Of a stretch of 64,000 nucleotides of DNA, positions 1 to 7,758 are shown in pieces. The position numbers and the translations under genes are program-made. Position 1 is the first letter of the stretch; each line of letters starts with the position of its first letter. Source of the stretch: Thermoguttaceae bacterium (lineage in GTDB: Bacteria > Planctomycetota > Planctomycetia > Pirellulales > Thermoguttaceae); the NCBI GenBank assembly GCA_045599605.1, contig JAZRWE010000033.1:85687-149686 (forward strand). Reading direction: 5' to 3'. The notes beneath the pieces were generated by a model. That model did not search any database, had not been told where the DNA came from, and saw only the letters and a program-made list of their open reading frames with translations.

Positions 1-1730
1 TTGTTGAAGCGTTTGGCGAAGCTGAGACCGTTGAATTGGAAACTGAAACTTCCAACTCCGAATATGAAAGCGTCGACGATTCCGTCGAATTGGATTCGCT
101 GTTTGAAGAAGAGGCCGCCGACGAAGTCGAACTTGACGACGAGCTTGTCGGTTTTGAAGTAGTAGAAGACAAAGTTGAAGACGCCGTCGAACTTGACGAA
201 GTTTTCGAAGACGCCGAAAACGTTGAAAACGAATTAGAAGAACTTGCCGAATTGGACGCCGCTTTTGAGGAAATGGAAGCCAATGAGGAAGCTCTTGAAG
301 AAGAATATGAAGAAGTCGTAGAACTTGACGCTATTTTTGACGAAGTCGCCGACGTTGAAGAAGCTGTTGAAGAAGAAATTGAAGAAGTCGAAGAAGCGAT
401 CGACGACCTTAGCGACCTGATCGACGTTGACGAAGAACCGATCGCGGAAGAAGAAACGGAAGACGTCGCCGCGGCGATCGAAGAAGCTGTTGTTGAAGAA
501 GTCGCCGAGGAACTTGTCGACGAAGTTATTGAAGAACAAGACGACGAGATCGTCGACGAAGTTGCTGAAGAAGCCGACGTTGAAGAGTTGGTCGAGGAAG
601 TTGTTGAGGAACAAGCTGACGAAGTCGTCGACGAATTGGTTGAAGAAGCCGCCGTTGAAGAGTTGGTCGACGAAGTTATTGAAGAGCAAGCGGAAGAAGT
701 TGTTGAAGAACAAGTCGAAGAAGTCGCCGAGACTGTAGTTGAAGAAAGTTCCGACGTTGTCGAGACTGCCGACGTTGCGGAAGTTGAAGTTCAAGAATCG
801 AACGAAGTCAGTTCTATTGAAGATCTTGGTCGCGCCGTTTCGGGCAATCCTGAACCCCCGCTTGCCGAATCTGAGTGGGTCGCGGAAGAAAAGGTCGAGA
901 TCGAGAACGGCGACGTTTCCGAAGTCTCTTATCTTGAAGACCAATACTGGATCGTCATGGCGAACGGCAACGACTTCTTCTGCCAAGTTCTTGACGGCAA
1001 CGTTTGGCGTCAGGTTCCCGCGAGCGAATTTTTCGCGAGCGACAACGCCCAGCGCAGCACGATCGTTTGGGTCCACGGTTTCCAAACCGATATGTCCGGC
1101 GCGGCTCAAAGCGGTTATGTTTTGCGCAACGTCGTCGCGAACGCTCGCGCGGCTTCCGGCTCCGATCGCGCTTTCCGTCTCGTCGTCTGGAAGTGGAATT
1201 CTGAACGCAATACGATGGCGATCCGTTATGACGCGATGCAAAAAGAGCGTCTTGCCGATATCGAAGGCGTCGCGCTTGGCAGATTCGTCGGTATGATCGA
1301 CGGTTCTAACAACGTCTCGTTCATCGGCTTCAGCTTTGGCGCTCGCGTTACCGGTTCCGCTTTGCAGACCCTTGCGACTTGTCAAAGCAAATATATGAGC
1401 AATAAGACCGGCAAGATCTCGTTGGTCCTCGCTAGCGCCGCCTGCGACGCGTGGGCTTTCGACAACGGCGTTTACGCCAAGGGCGCTCGTATCCCGTCTT
1501 ATGTTTTGAACGTATACAACCCCGCCGACCGCGCGTTGCGTTTTTATCCCGCCGTTTCGGAAACGCGCTCCACCGCCCAAGGCGTTATGCCGATCTCCGG
1601 TAACGCGTTCGTCTCCGCGCAAGGTTCTACGTTCAATCTGAACGTTAGCGGTTCTCTTGGCAACGAACATTCGTTCCAACGCGAGATCCAATCGATTCCT
1701 TGCAACGTGATATTCAACGCTCTTTTCTGA
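1..1730 (+). CDS. 5'-partial protein with an extremely acidic E/V/D-rich tandem-repeat N-terminal region and a C-terminal alpha/beta-hydrolase-like domain (GxSxG nucleophile elbow GFSFG)
   Basis: The frame is open from the window edge with no stop upstream of the annotated TTG at 36, and ends at a stop at 1728-1730. Translated residues 1-260 are roughly 20-aa repeats of EELVDEV(I/V)EEQA(D/E)EVVDE. The C-terminal domain contains VWVHGF and GFSFGAR (G-x-S-x-G), which is typical of the serine hydrolase fold. Confidence 0.6.
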   Translation, partial: VEAFGEAETVELETETSNSEYESVDDSVELDSLFEEEAADEVELDDELVGFEVVEDKVEDAVELDEVFEDAENVENELEELAELDAAFEEMEANEEALEEEYEEVVELDAIFDEVADVEEAVEEEIEEVEEAIDDLSDLIDVDEEPIAEEETEDVAAAIEEAVVEEVAEELVDEVIEEQDDEIVDEVAEEADVEELVEEVVEEQADEVVDELVEEAAVEELVDEVIEEQAEEVVEEQVEEVAETVVEESSDVVETADVAEVEVQESNEVSSIEDLGRAVSGNPEPPLAESEWVAEEKVEIENGDVSEVSYLEDQYWIVMANGNDFFCQVLDGNVWRQVPASEFFASDNAQRSTIVWVHGFQTDMSGAAQSGYVLRNVVANARAASGSDRAFRLVVWKWNSERNTMAIRYDAMQKERLADIEGVALGRFVGMIDGSNNVSFIGFSFGARVTGSALQTLATCQSKYMSNKTGKISLVLASAACDAWAFDNGVYAKGARIPSYVLNVYNPADRALRFYPAVSETRSTAQGVMPISGNAFVSAQGSTFNLNVSGSLGNEHSFQREIQSIPCNVIFNALF

Positions 1731-1761
1731 GCCTTGAATAGACTCTCCTAAACTGCAAATA

Positions 1762-1812
1762 AAGAACGCCGTCGATGTTCCACGTGAAACATTGGCGGCG
1801 TTCTTTGTTTTT
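1762..1812 (+). terminator. rho-independent terminator (long imperfect hairpin AAGAACGCCG...CGGCGTTCTT followed by TGTTTTT)
   Basis: A 10-bp stem sits at 1762-1771 and 1796-1805. The loop carries an inner palindrome, and a T-run follows at 1806-1812. It lies directly after the stop of the upstream + strand CDS. Confidence 0.5.
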
Positions 1813-1889
1813 CAAGACTTGAAAAGGTGAATGTTTCACGTGAAACGTTATCGCGATTTCGAGCTAGCGGCGAGTGTTCCACGTGAAAC
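1777..1889. repeat. three copies of a 14-bp palindrome: GTTCCACGTGAAAC (1777-1790), GTTTCACGTGAAAC (1833-1846), GTTCCACGTGAAAC (1876-1889)
   Basis: Read directly from the sequence. The copies are spaced 56 and 43 bp apart in the 175-bp convergent intergenic region between the acidic-repeat hydrolase gene and the CPBP gene. The core is CACGTG. Confidence 0.8.
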
Positions 1890-1904
1890 GTATAAGGGAG
1901 GACG

Positions 1905-3212
1905 TTAGGATAACGACATGCAGAGGAATAGTAGACTTGTGAAGTTTAGTCCGACGTGCATGCCGACGACGGTGGGATAGCTGTGCGTTTTGAAAAAGAC
2001 GACGCCTTCCCATAGCGCGAAGACTAGTATCGGGACCGGGTCTACCACTACGTTGGGAAGAATGTTCTTCAACGCGTTTTGGGTGAGGTAGATCAACGGC
2101 AATGAGAAACAAAACAGGATCGCCCCGCGAGCGAATTCGCCAAGGTATTGACGGAAGCGTTCCTGAATTTTCTCGGCGAACGATCCAAAACCAAGATCTT
2201 GTTTATTGGCGCCAAGACTTCGTTTTAGTATCGCGAGGCCGATCGCGACGACAAAGATGTTGCCGATAACGCTGCTCACCGTGGTCTTGAATAACGTCGC
2301 GGACTTTTCCGGATCGTTGGGGTCTTCGGGAAGCGAGAAGTGAAGTATCGCAAAGATCAACGCCGGGGGAAGGACGACGCGGAGAAAGTTCTTGAGGTTT
2401 AAACTCAACGCCGGAAGGAGCGCGGGCTCTTGTATTTCTCCGTCGACAACGATCCTGTCTCTACCTTGGCGATCGTAAGTAAGTTTTTCAAACGCGCCTT
2501 GGAGCACGACTCGGAAGATCAATTCCTCGACGATAGGAGCAATAATGACGACCGAGAGCGTGAAGAGGATGAAAGCGATCCAGAAATACGGTTTTCCTTT
2601 CGCGCGTAGCAACATTCTCGCGAAGGGATGTTGCGTGGCTAGGTCGCGGTCTTCTTTGGATAATTCTTTGACGTCTTTCGCGTCGGCGGTAGTCGCGTTC
2701 TCTTTGGCTTCTTCTACCGCTGTTTCTTCGCTTGTCTGACGAGCGATATCTTCCGTAGAAGTTTCTTGGGCTTTGTCTTGTTCGTCGGCATTGTCGACGG
2801 TTTGTGCGATAGTTTCTTGCGCGACGCTTTCCTGCGCCTCGTTTGCCGATTCGGACGCGTCGTCGTTTTCTTGCGACTGCTCTATTTGAATTTCGTTGTT
2901 GGTTTCCGTTTGGACTACTTGCTGTTCGTGGAAGTTGGGCGTCAGGTAGCGTTCCAACGGCATAACGGCGATCACGCCGATCGTGGGGCCGACGATCGTG
3001 AAAAGTAAAAAGAATCCAAACGCGACTCCGATCGACCATGGGACGGGCTTATATAGTTGAGGTTTGGAATCGTCTTTGTGAAATATTGAGAAACCGTACC
3101 GCCAGTTGGTTACCGAGAGAAAGACGTAAGCGCATACGATCGCGGTCGGGATCAGGAACCATGGCGAGCGGGTATTGAATGAAAATTCAGCGAAGAGACA
3201 GGCGTTCAACAT
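1905..3212 (-). CDS. CPBP-family (CAAX protease-like / Abi) intramembrane metalloprotease-like membrane protein with an acidic Q/E-rich loop insertion
   Basis: It has multiple hydrophobic segments. It carries the EExxxR motif (VEELIFRV) and an FxxxH motif (FAILHF) characteristic of PF02517. The third motif, HxxxN, is not evident. Confidence 0.55.
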   Translation of the reverse strand: MLNACLFAEFSFNTRSPWFLIPTAIVCAYVFLSVTNWRYGFSIFHKDDSKPQLYKPVPWSIGVAFGFFLLFTIVGPTIGVIAVMPLERYLTPNFHEQQVVQTETNNEIQIEQSQENDDASESANEAQESVAQETIAQTVDNADEQDKAQETSTEDIARQTSEETAVEEAKENATTADAKDVKELSKEDRDLATQHPFARMLLRAKGKPYFWIAFILFTLSVVIIAPIVEELIFRVVLQGAFEKLTYDRQGRDRIVVDGEIQEPALLPALSLNLKNFLRVVLPPALIFAILHFSLPEDPNDPEKSATLFKTTVSSVIGNIFVVAIGLAILKRSLGANKQDLGFGSFAEKIQERFRQYLGEFARGAILFCFSLPLIYLTQNALKNILPNVVVDPVPILVFALWEGVVFFKTHSYPTVVGMHVGLNFTSLLFLCMSLS

Positions 3213-3310
3213 AGTTTTACAAGGAATGGTTTTGAGAAGTCTTTATAAAAACGCCGGGGTCGACATAGGCGCCTACCCCGGCGAACAGAAGAAAACGAGT
3301 TGTCGTTCGC

Positions 3311-3952
3311 TCATTTCTTATTGAGCGTCATCGCGGCGCGGATATAGACCCAGCCGGAATAGAGCGTCAAATAGACGACGACGTACAACAACAAGACGAA
3401 CGCGACTTTGAGCCAACACGGCGCGGCGTCGCCCATGATGAGAATGAGGAAGCCGAGAGGCAGGTCGACGCATTGCAACGCCGTCTTCCATTTTCCGACC
3501 CACTTCGCGGAGAAGTCGCCGCCGCTAGATTCGACCATCGAGCGGAGCATCGTGACGAACATTTCGCGCATAATGATCGCGACGACCATCCAAGTGGCGA
3601 CGCCGATAGGAATTTTGCACATCGGACAAGACCCCGTCGCGCAAGCGCTATTGAAGAGGTCGTGTAGTTCGGGCACGGCGACGAAGTAGATGAACGTGCC
3701 GCAGACGAGCGCTTTATCGGCGAACGGATCCATGATGCGTCCGAATTGCGTCTTCTGGTTGAATTTTCTCGCCCACCATCCGTCGACGTAGTCGGTCAAC
3801 GCGGCGATAACGAACAGAACGAGGCAGGTCTTATAGTAATGGAACGGGAAGATCGCAAAGAGAACGAGCGAGAGGACGATACGCGCTACAGTTAACGCGT
3901 TCGGAACATTGTACAGTTTGCTATTCGGAGAGGCTTGTTGGTTCTCGGACAT
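3311..3952 (-). CDS. pgsA: CDP-diacylglycerol--glycerol-3-phosphate 3-phosphatidyltransferase
   Basis: It carries the CDP-alcohol phosphatidyltransferase signature D-G-x2-A-R-x8-G-x3-D-x3-D (DYVDGWWARKFNQKTQFGRIMDPFADK). It is a multi-TM protein of 213 aa. Confidence 0.8.
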   Translation of the reverse strand: MSENQQASPNSKLYNVPNALTVARIVLSLVLFAIFPFHYYKTCLVLFVIAALTDYVDGWWARKFNQKTQFGRIMDPFADKALVCGTFIYFVAVPELHDLFNSACATGSCPMCKIPIGVATWMVVAIIMREMFVTMLRSMVESSGGDFSAKWVGKWKTALQCVDLPLGFLILIMGDAAPCWLKVAFVLLLYVVVYLTLYSGWVYIRAAMTLNKK

Positions 3953-4000
3953 AGTTTTCGCTCCTTGATTTTTTTATTGCTTGGTGGGTTTAAGCGAAAG

Positions 4001-4942
4001 TCATTCCATGACGATAGTCGGTTCGCCGTCTTTGAACGCGTCGATCTTATTGACGTCGGCGAGCGCTTGAACGAGCGCTTGCGTGCCCTTGCGTTTTCCG
4101 CCTTGGGCAATGAGCGCGACGTAGAGTTGTTTGACGAGCGCGAGACCGGGTAACGATAGTTGCATAGCTTGCGCGTCGTCGAGCGCGATACCCATATCTT
4201 TAACGAAGTGTTCGACGTAGAAGCCGGGCTTGAAGTCGCCGCGCAACATTCTCGGACCGTAATTGGAGAGCGACCAACTTCCCGCCGCGCCTTGGGATAC
4301 CGCCGCCATCACGTCTTCAAGATCCAAGCCCGCGCGATACGCGTACAGGAGCGCTTCGCAGACGCCGATCATACCGCCGGCAATAAGGATCTGATTCGCC
4401 ATCTTGGTGCGTTGCCCCGCGCCGGAACCGCCCATAAGACGGATGTTGGTTCCAAGGTTTTGGAGGATAGGCGTAACGCGGTCGAGCGTTTCTTTTTCAC
4501 CGCCGACCATGATGGAGAGCGTTCCGTTCTTAGCGCCGACGTCGCCGCCGGAGACGGGCGCGTCGAGAGAACGGAAACCCGCTTTGGTAGCGGCGGCGTC
4601 GATCTTCTGCGCTAGCGTCGGGGAACTGGTCGTCATATCGACGAAGATCTTAGGTCGACCGTCGGCGCAGAGCGGTTCGTCTTTCCACGCGTTAAGGACG
4701 CCGCGTTCGCCGAAGAATATCTCGTCGACGTCGTAAGGATAACCGACGGTTGAGAAAACGACGTCGCAACGTTTCGCGAGTTCGTAAGGATCTTGGCTCC
4801 ATTCGGCGCCGGCGGCGAACAGCTTTTCAGCTTTCTCGCGAGTGCGCGTATAGACGGCGACTTGGTAAGACGCGTCAAGCAATCGCGACGCGCAAGACCC
4901 GCCGATGACGCCGGTCCCGATCCAACCGATTCGAAGACTCAT
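4001..4942 (-). CDS. NAD(P)-dependent beta-hydroxyacid dehydrogenase (3-hydroxyisobutyrate dehydrogenase / 2-hydroxy-3-oxopropionate reductase family)
   Basis: It has an N-terminal Rossmann motif GWIGTGVIGG, the family signature DAPVSGG, and a length (313 aa) typical of MmsB/GarR-type enzymes. Confidence 0.8.
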   Translation of the reverse strand: MSLRIGWIGTGVIGGSCASRLLDASYQVAVYTRTREKAEKLFAAGAEWSQDPYELAKRCDVVFSTVGYPYDVDEIFFGERGVLNAWKDEPLCADGRPKIFVDMTTSSPTLAQKIDAAATKAGFRSLDAPVSGGDVGAKNGTLSIMVGGEKETLDRVTPILQNLGTNIRLMGGSGAGQRTKMANQILIAGGMIGVCEALLYAYRAGLDLEDVMAAVSQGAAGSWSLSNYGPRMLRGDFKPGFYVEHFVKDMGIALDDAQAMQLSLPGLALVKQLYVALIAQGGKRKGTQALVQALADVNKIDAFKDGEPTIVME

Positions 4943-5154
4943 AGTGGCTCCTTACATATATGGACGAGACGAAAGGTAGGGCGTCTCGAAATTTTTGATC
5001 TGAGCGTCAAACGTTTCCGGAACGCGTTTGACATTGCGTTAATAATTGTGGTCGAAAAGGGGGCGGGCGTCAAGCGTCGAAGAAGCGCGTTAGTGAAGTT
5101 TTATTCTAGAAATTGTGGATGAAAAGAAAAAAAGAAAATTTTTAAAATAACCCC

Positions 5155-5182
5155 TTGCGTTAGGGGGAAGGAGTGGTATACT
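5155..5182 (+). promoter_or_regulatory. sigma70-like promoter for the tRNA: -35 TTGCGT (5155-5160), 16-nt spacer, -10 TATACT (5177-5182)
   Basis: The hexamers and spacing were read from the sequence. The predicted TSS lies about 15 nt upstream of the tRNA 5' end. Confidence 0.4.
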
Positions 5183-5203
5183 TACTCGTGTTCTAAGCAA
5201 CGC

Positions 5204-5288
5204 GCGGGCGTGGCGGAATTGGTAGACGCGTCAGGTTGAGGGCCTGATGGGAGCTAATCCCGTGGAGGTTCGAGTCCTCTCGCCCGCA
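5204..5288 (+). tRNA. tRNA-Leu (anticodon GAG), class II with a long variable arm
   Basis: A 7-bp acceptor stem pairs GCGGGCG with CGCCCGC. The anticodon stem-loop is tCAGG-TTGAGGG-CCTGa with GAG at positions 34-36. The T-arm is GGAGG-TTCGAGT-CCTCT. Total length is about 85 nt. Confidence 0.85.
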
Positions 5289-5293
5289 CTGAG

Positions 5294-5329
5294 AAACCCG
5301 GTAACTTCGGTTGCCGGGTTTTTCTGTTT
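5294..5329 (+). terminator. rho-independent terminator after the tRNA (AACCCGGTAAC-TTCG-GTTGCCGGGTT followed by TTTTCTGTTTC)
   Basis: A perfect 11-bp stem with a tetraloop is followed by a T-rich run. Confidence 0.6.
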
Positions 5330-5633
5330 CTTGTTGGTATTCATGAGTATCTTACTGATATATCTAGTTATGATTGAATAGTGAAACTTGGAAAACTGGG
5401 AGATTTAATAGCTTTTGAGATATACGTCGAGTCGAGTTGTTGTTTCCCGTCGCGTTGTTCGATACAATCGCAACTTCTGTCATTATTGCTCTTGAAAACC
5501 TGATAACTTTTGATTAGTATTGGATTTGTTCTATTCTCTCAAGGCGGATAGTCGATTTGATGACCACGCGTCGCAGAAACGTTTTCTGTTGAGAGCGTTT
5601 TCTCCGTTGAGGAAGCGGCGCGTTTGACTTAGG

Positions 5634-5972
5634 ATGAGAATAACAATGGTAGAAAGAAATAGAGACACGAACAGATCTTCGCAAGCGCAAGATCGCCGCC
5701 AATTTTGTCGCGTTTGTTTTGCGGCGTTGGCTAGCGCGTTAGTATTGCCCGGTTGCAAAACGCTGAACGAAGATCCTAAGAACGACCGATTCTGGTTCCC
5801 GACGATCGCGCCGCCGTCAAAGAAAGAGCGCGAGTTACGAGGGCGTTACGCCGAAGGGGGCGATCCTTACGTCGACGCCAACGTCGGACCGAAATCGTTT
5901 AACACGCGTCCGAAGGGGTGTACCGACCAACGCTCGCGAACTTATTACGACGATGAGATCGGCGGTTATTAA
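5634..5972 (+). CDS. small putative lipoprotein (lipobox LPGC)
   Basis: It has a signal-peptide-like hydrophobic stretch ALASALVLPGC followed by Cys. No homology was recognised. Confidence 0.4.
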   Translation: MRITMVERNRDTNRSSQAQDRRQFCRVCFAALASALVLPGCKTLNEDPKNDRFWFPTIAPPSKKERELRGRYAEGGDPYVDANVGPKSFNTRPKGCTDQRSRTYYDDEIGGY

Positions 5973-6030
5973 GTCGCGGAAATAAAGCGTTTCGCGAGCA
6001 CGCTGAGACGCCGGTTATATAATAATGAGA

Positions 6031-6060
6031 AACGTCGCTTAATGGCGGCGTTTTTTTATT
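6031..6060 (+). terminator. putative rho-independent terminator (ACGTCGC...GCGGCGT stem with a G-U pair, then TTTTTTTATTT)
   Basis: The hairpin and T-run were read from the sequence, downstream of the small lipoprotein gene. Confidence 0.4.
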
Positions 6061-6273
6061 TAATCGAAAAAGCTTTCTTTTTTGGAAAAATAGGTAAAAA
6101 GTTTTAAATTCTCTTTTCTTTTGCATTAAAAAATGATATAATCGCGACGACTATCGCATTTATACGTAGTCAATATTAATAGTAGTCGCCAAGGGAAGGC
6201 GACTGCGAACCGTTGAGACTCCTACGGTCCCCCCTGCACTTTGAAGTAATAAACTATGAAGGAGACGGACGTT

Positions 6274-7575
6274 ATGAAACGCCTGGCTGGAACGACTTAT
6301 AATAAATCCGGTTTTACGTTGTTGGAATTGCTTATCGTATTGGCGATCTTGATCGTCATTATTGGTATTCTTGGAACGACGATCTGGGGTTCCTATAAAA
6401 AAGCGTTGATCCGCGCGGCTACGGTCCAAGTTCAGACGACGCTCCAAAACGCTTGCGAAGACTTCCATATCGAATTTCATCGTTATCCGAACCAACAAGA
6501 AGGACTTTACATTCTTGCCGACATGGATAATCCGGAAGCCCCCGCGATGAATATGATGGACGCCAATAATATGAATAATATGAACGGCGGCATGAACAAT
6601 ATGGGCATGGGCAACATGGGCATGACCGGCGATATGAACGGCAACATGGGCATGGGTAACATGGGCGCCGGCAACATGGGCATGGCCGGCGACATGAACG
6701 GCAACATGGGCATGGGCAACATGGGTATGGCCGGCGACATGAACGGCAACATGGGCATGGGCAACATGGGCATGGGCAATATGGGCATGACCGGCGACAT
6801 GAACGGTAACATGGGCATGGGCAACATGGGCATGGGGAACACCGGTATGGGCGACATGACCGGCATGAATAACAACATGACGGGCGTTTCTATGACCGGC
6901 GACATGAACAACATGAATAACATGAACAATATGCCCGGCATGAACAACATGAACAACATGAACGGCACGGCTAATTCGACTATGCCGATGAATGGTTCCA
7001 ACACGATCTACAAGCGTCCTAAGATCAGCGTCCCGCTCATCAAAGAAAAAGACCTCATCGACCCGTGGAACAATCCTTACAAGTACGAATACCCGACGAC
7101 CAAGGGTGACGGCAAGAAGCCCGCGATCTGGTCTTGCGGTCCTGACGGTATCGACGACAACGGCGACGGCGACGACGTCATCAACTGGGACGCCGAAGAT
7201 ACTACCGGTATGATGAACGCTCAGCGTCAACAAATGCAACAAAACAACATGAACAACATGAATAACATGACCGGCGACATGAACAACATGAACGGCATGA
7301 TGCAACCGAACATGACCGGCGACATGAATAACATGAACGGCATGATGCAACCGAACATGACCGGCGACATGAACAACATGAACGGCATGATGCAACCGAA
7401 CATGACCGGCGACATGAATAACATGAACGGCATGATGCAACCGAACAACATGAACGGCGGTATGGGCGGTATGAACGGCGGCATGATGCAACCGAATAAC
7501 ATGAACGGCGGCATGGGTGGTATGAACGGCGGCATGAACGGCATGGGCGGCGGTATGACCGGCGGCATGTTCTGA
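6274..7575 (+). CDS. GspG-like major pseudopilin (prepilin-type N-terminal cleavage/methylation domain) with about 250 aa of Met/Asn/Gly-rich repeat insertions
   Basis: The N-terminus reads MKRLAGTTYNKSGFTLLELLIVLAIL, the classic prepilin leader plus hydrophobic helix. The GspG core elements QQEGLY and DPWNNPYKYEYP...GKKPAIWSCGPDGIDDNGDGDDVINWD are present. A perfect SD (AAGGAG, 6259-6264) precedes the ATG at 6274. The ORF track's ATG at 6256 lies inside that SD. Confidence 0.75.
   Translation: MKRLAGTTYNKSGFTLLELLIVLAILIVIIGILGTTIWGSYKKALIRAATVQVQTTLQNACEDFHIEFHRYPNQQEGLYILADMDNPEAPAMNMMDANNMNNMNGGMNNMGMGNMGMTGDMNGNMGMGNMGAGNMGMAGDMNGNMGMGNMGMAGDMNGNMGMGNMGMGNMGMTGDMNGNMGMGNMGMGNTGMGDMTGMNNNMTGVSMTGDMNNMNNMNNMPGMNNMNNMNGTANSTMPMNGSNTIYKRPKISVPLIKEKDLIDPWNNPYKYEYPTTKGDGKKPAIWSCGPDGIDDNGDGDDVINWDAEDTTGMMNAQRQQMQQNNMNNMNNMTGDMNNMNGMMQPNMTGDMNNMNGMMQPNMTGDMNNMNGMMQPNMTGDMNNMNGMMQPNNMNGGMGGMNGGMMQPNNMNGGMGGMNGGMNGMGGGMTGGMF
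6590..7446 (+). repeat. in-frame tandem DNA repeats inside the GspG-like gene: about 42-bp units (GDMNGNMGMGNMGM) across 6590-6960, and four near-perfect 45-bp units (MTGDMNNMNGMMQPN) at 7267-7446
   Basis: Direct reading shows ATGACCGGCGACATGAA(C/T)AACATGAACGGCATGATGCAACCGAAC repeated four times head-to-tail at 7267-7446. Upstream, GGCAACATGGGCATG...GGCGACATGAACGGCAACATGGGCATGGGCAACATGGGCATG recurs several times. Confidence 0.85.
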
Positions 7576-7758
7576 TCGTGAGCTCAGGTTGTTGTTTTGA
7601 TTTGACGCCGCTTCGAGAGCGAGGCGGCGCGTAAAGATATGACGCGATACGGTCGTTTGGCCGAATCGCGCCTTTTTCTGTTTCTAAGGCGAGCGCGACG
7701 GAGCCCCCTTTTGCCGATCGCGCGACATTCGTAGATATAGCTTCACGGCGAGGTTGGA

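Noticed and set aside
427-1296. Lys/Ser/Arg-rich ORFs (427-738 and 739-1296, + strand) and a 485-aa minus-strand ORF (234-1691) inside the acidic-repeat gene.
   Set aside because: These are alternative-frame artefacts of the GAA/GAC/GTT-rich repeat DNA. The in-frame product containing the GxSxG hydrolase domain is the coherent one.
5204-5640. Possible integration hotspot or genomic island at the tRNA-Leu 3' side.
   Set aside because: No integrase, direct repeat of the tRNA 3' end or compositional shift is visible. The downstream genes are ordinary (a small lipoprotein and the pseudopilin operon).
6160-7491. 443-aa His/Val-rich minus-strand ORF (HVAGHV repeats) and Met/Pro/Phe-rich ORFs (6507-7004, 7227-7568) overlapping the GspG-like gene.
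   Set aside because: These are the reverse complement of the ATG/AAC/GGC repeat array and automatically yield CAT/GTT/GCC codons. The + strand frame has the prepilin N-terminus, the GspG core and an SD, so it is the real gene.
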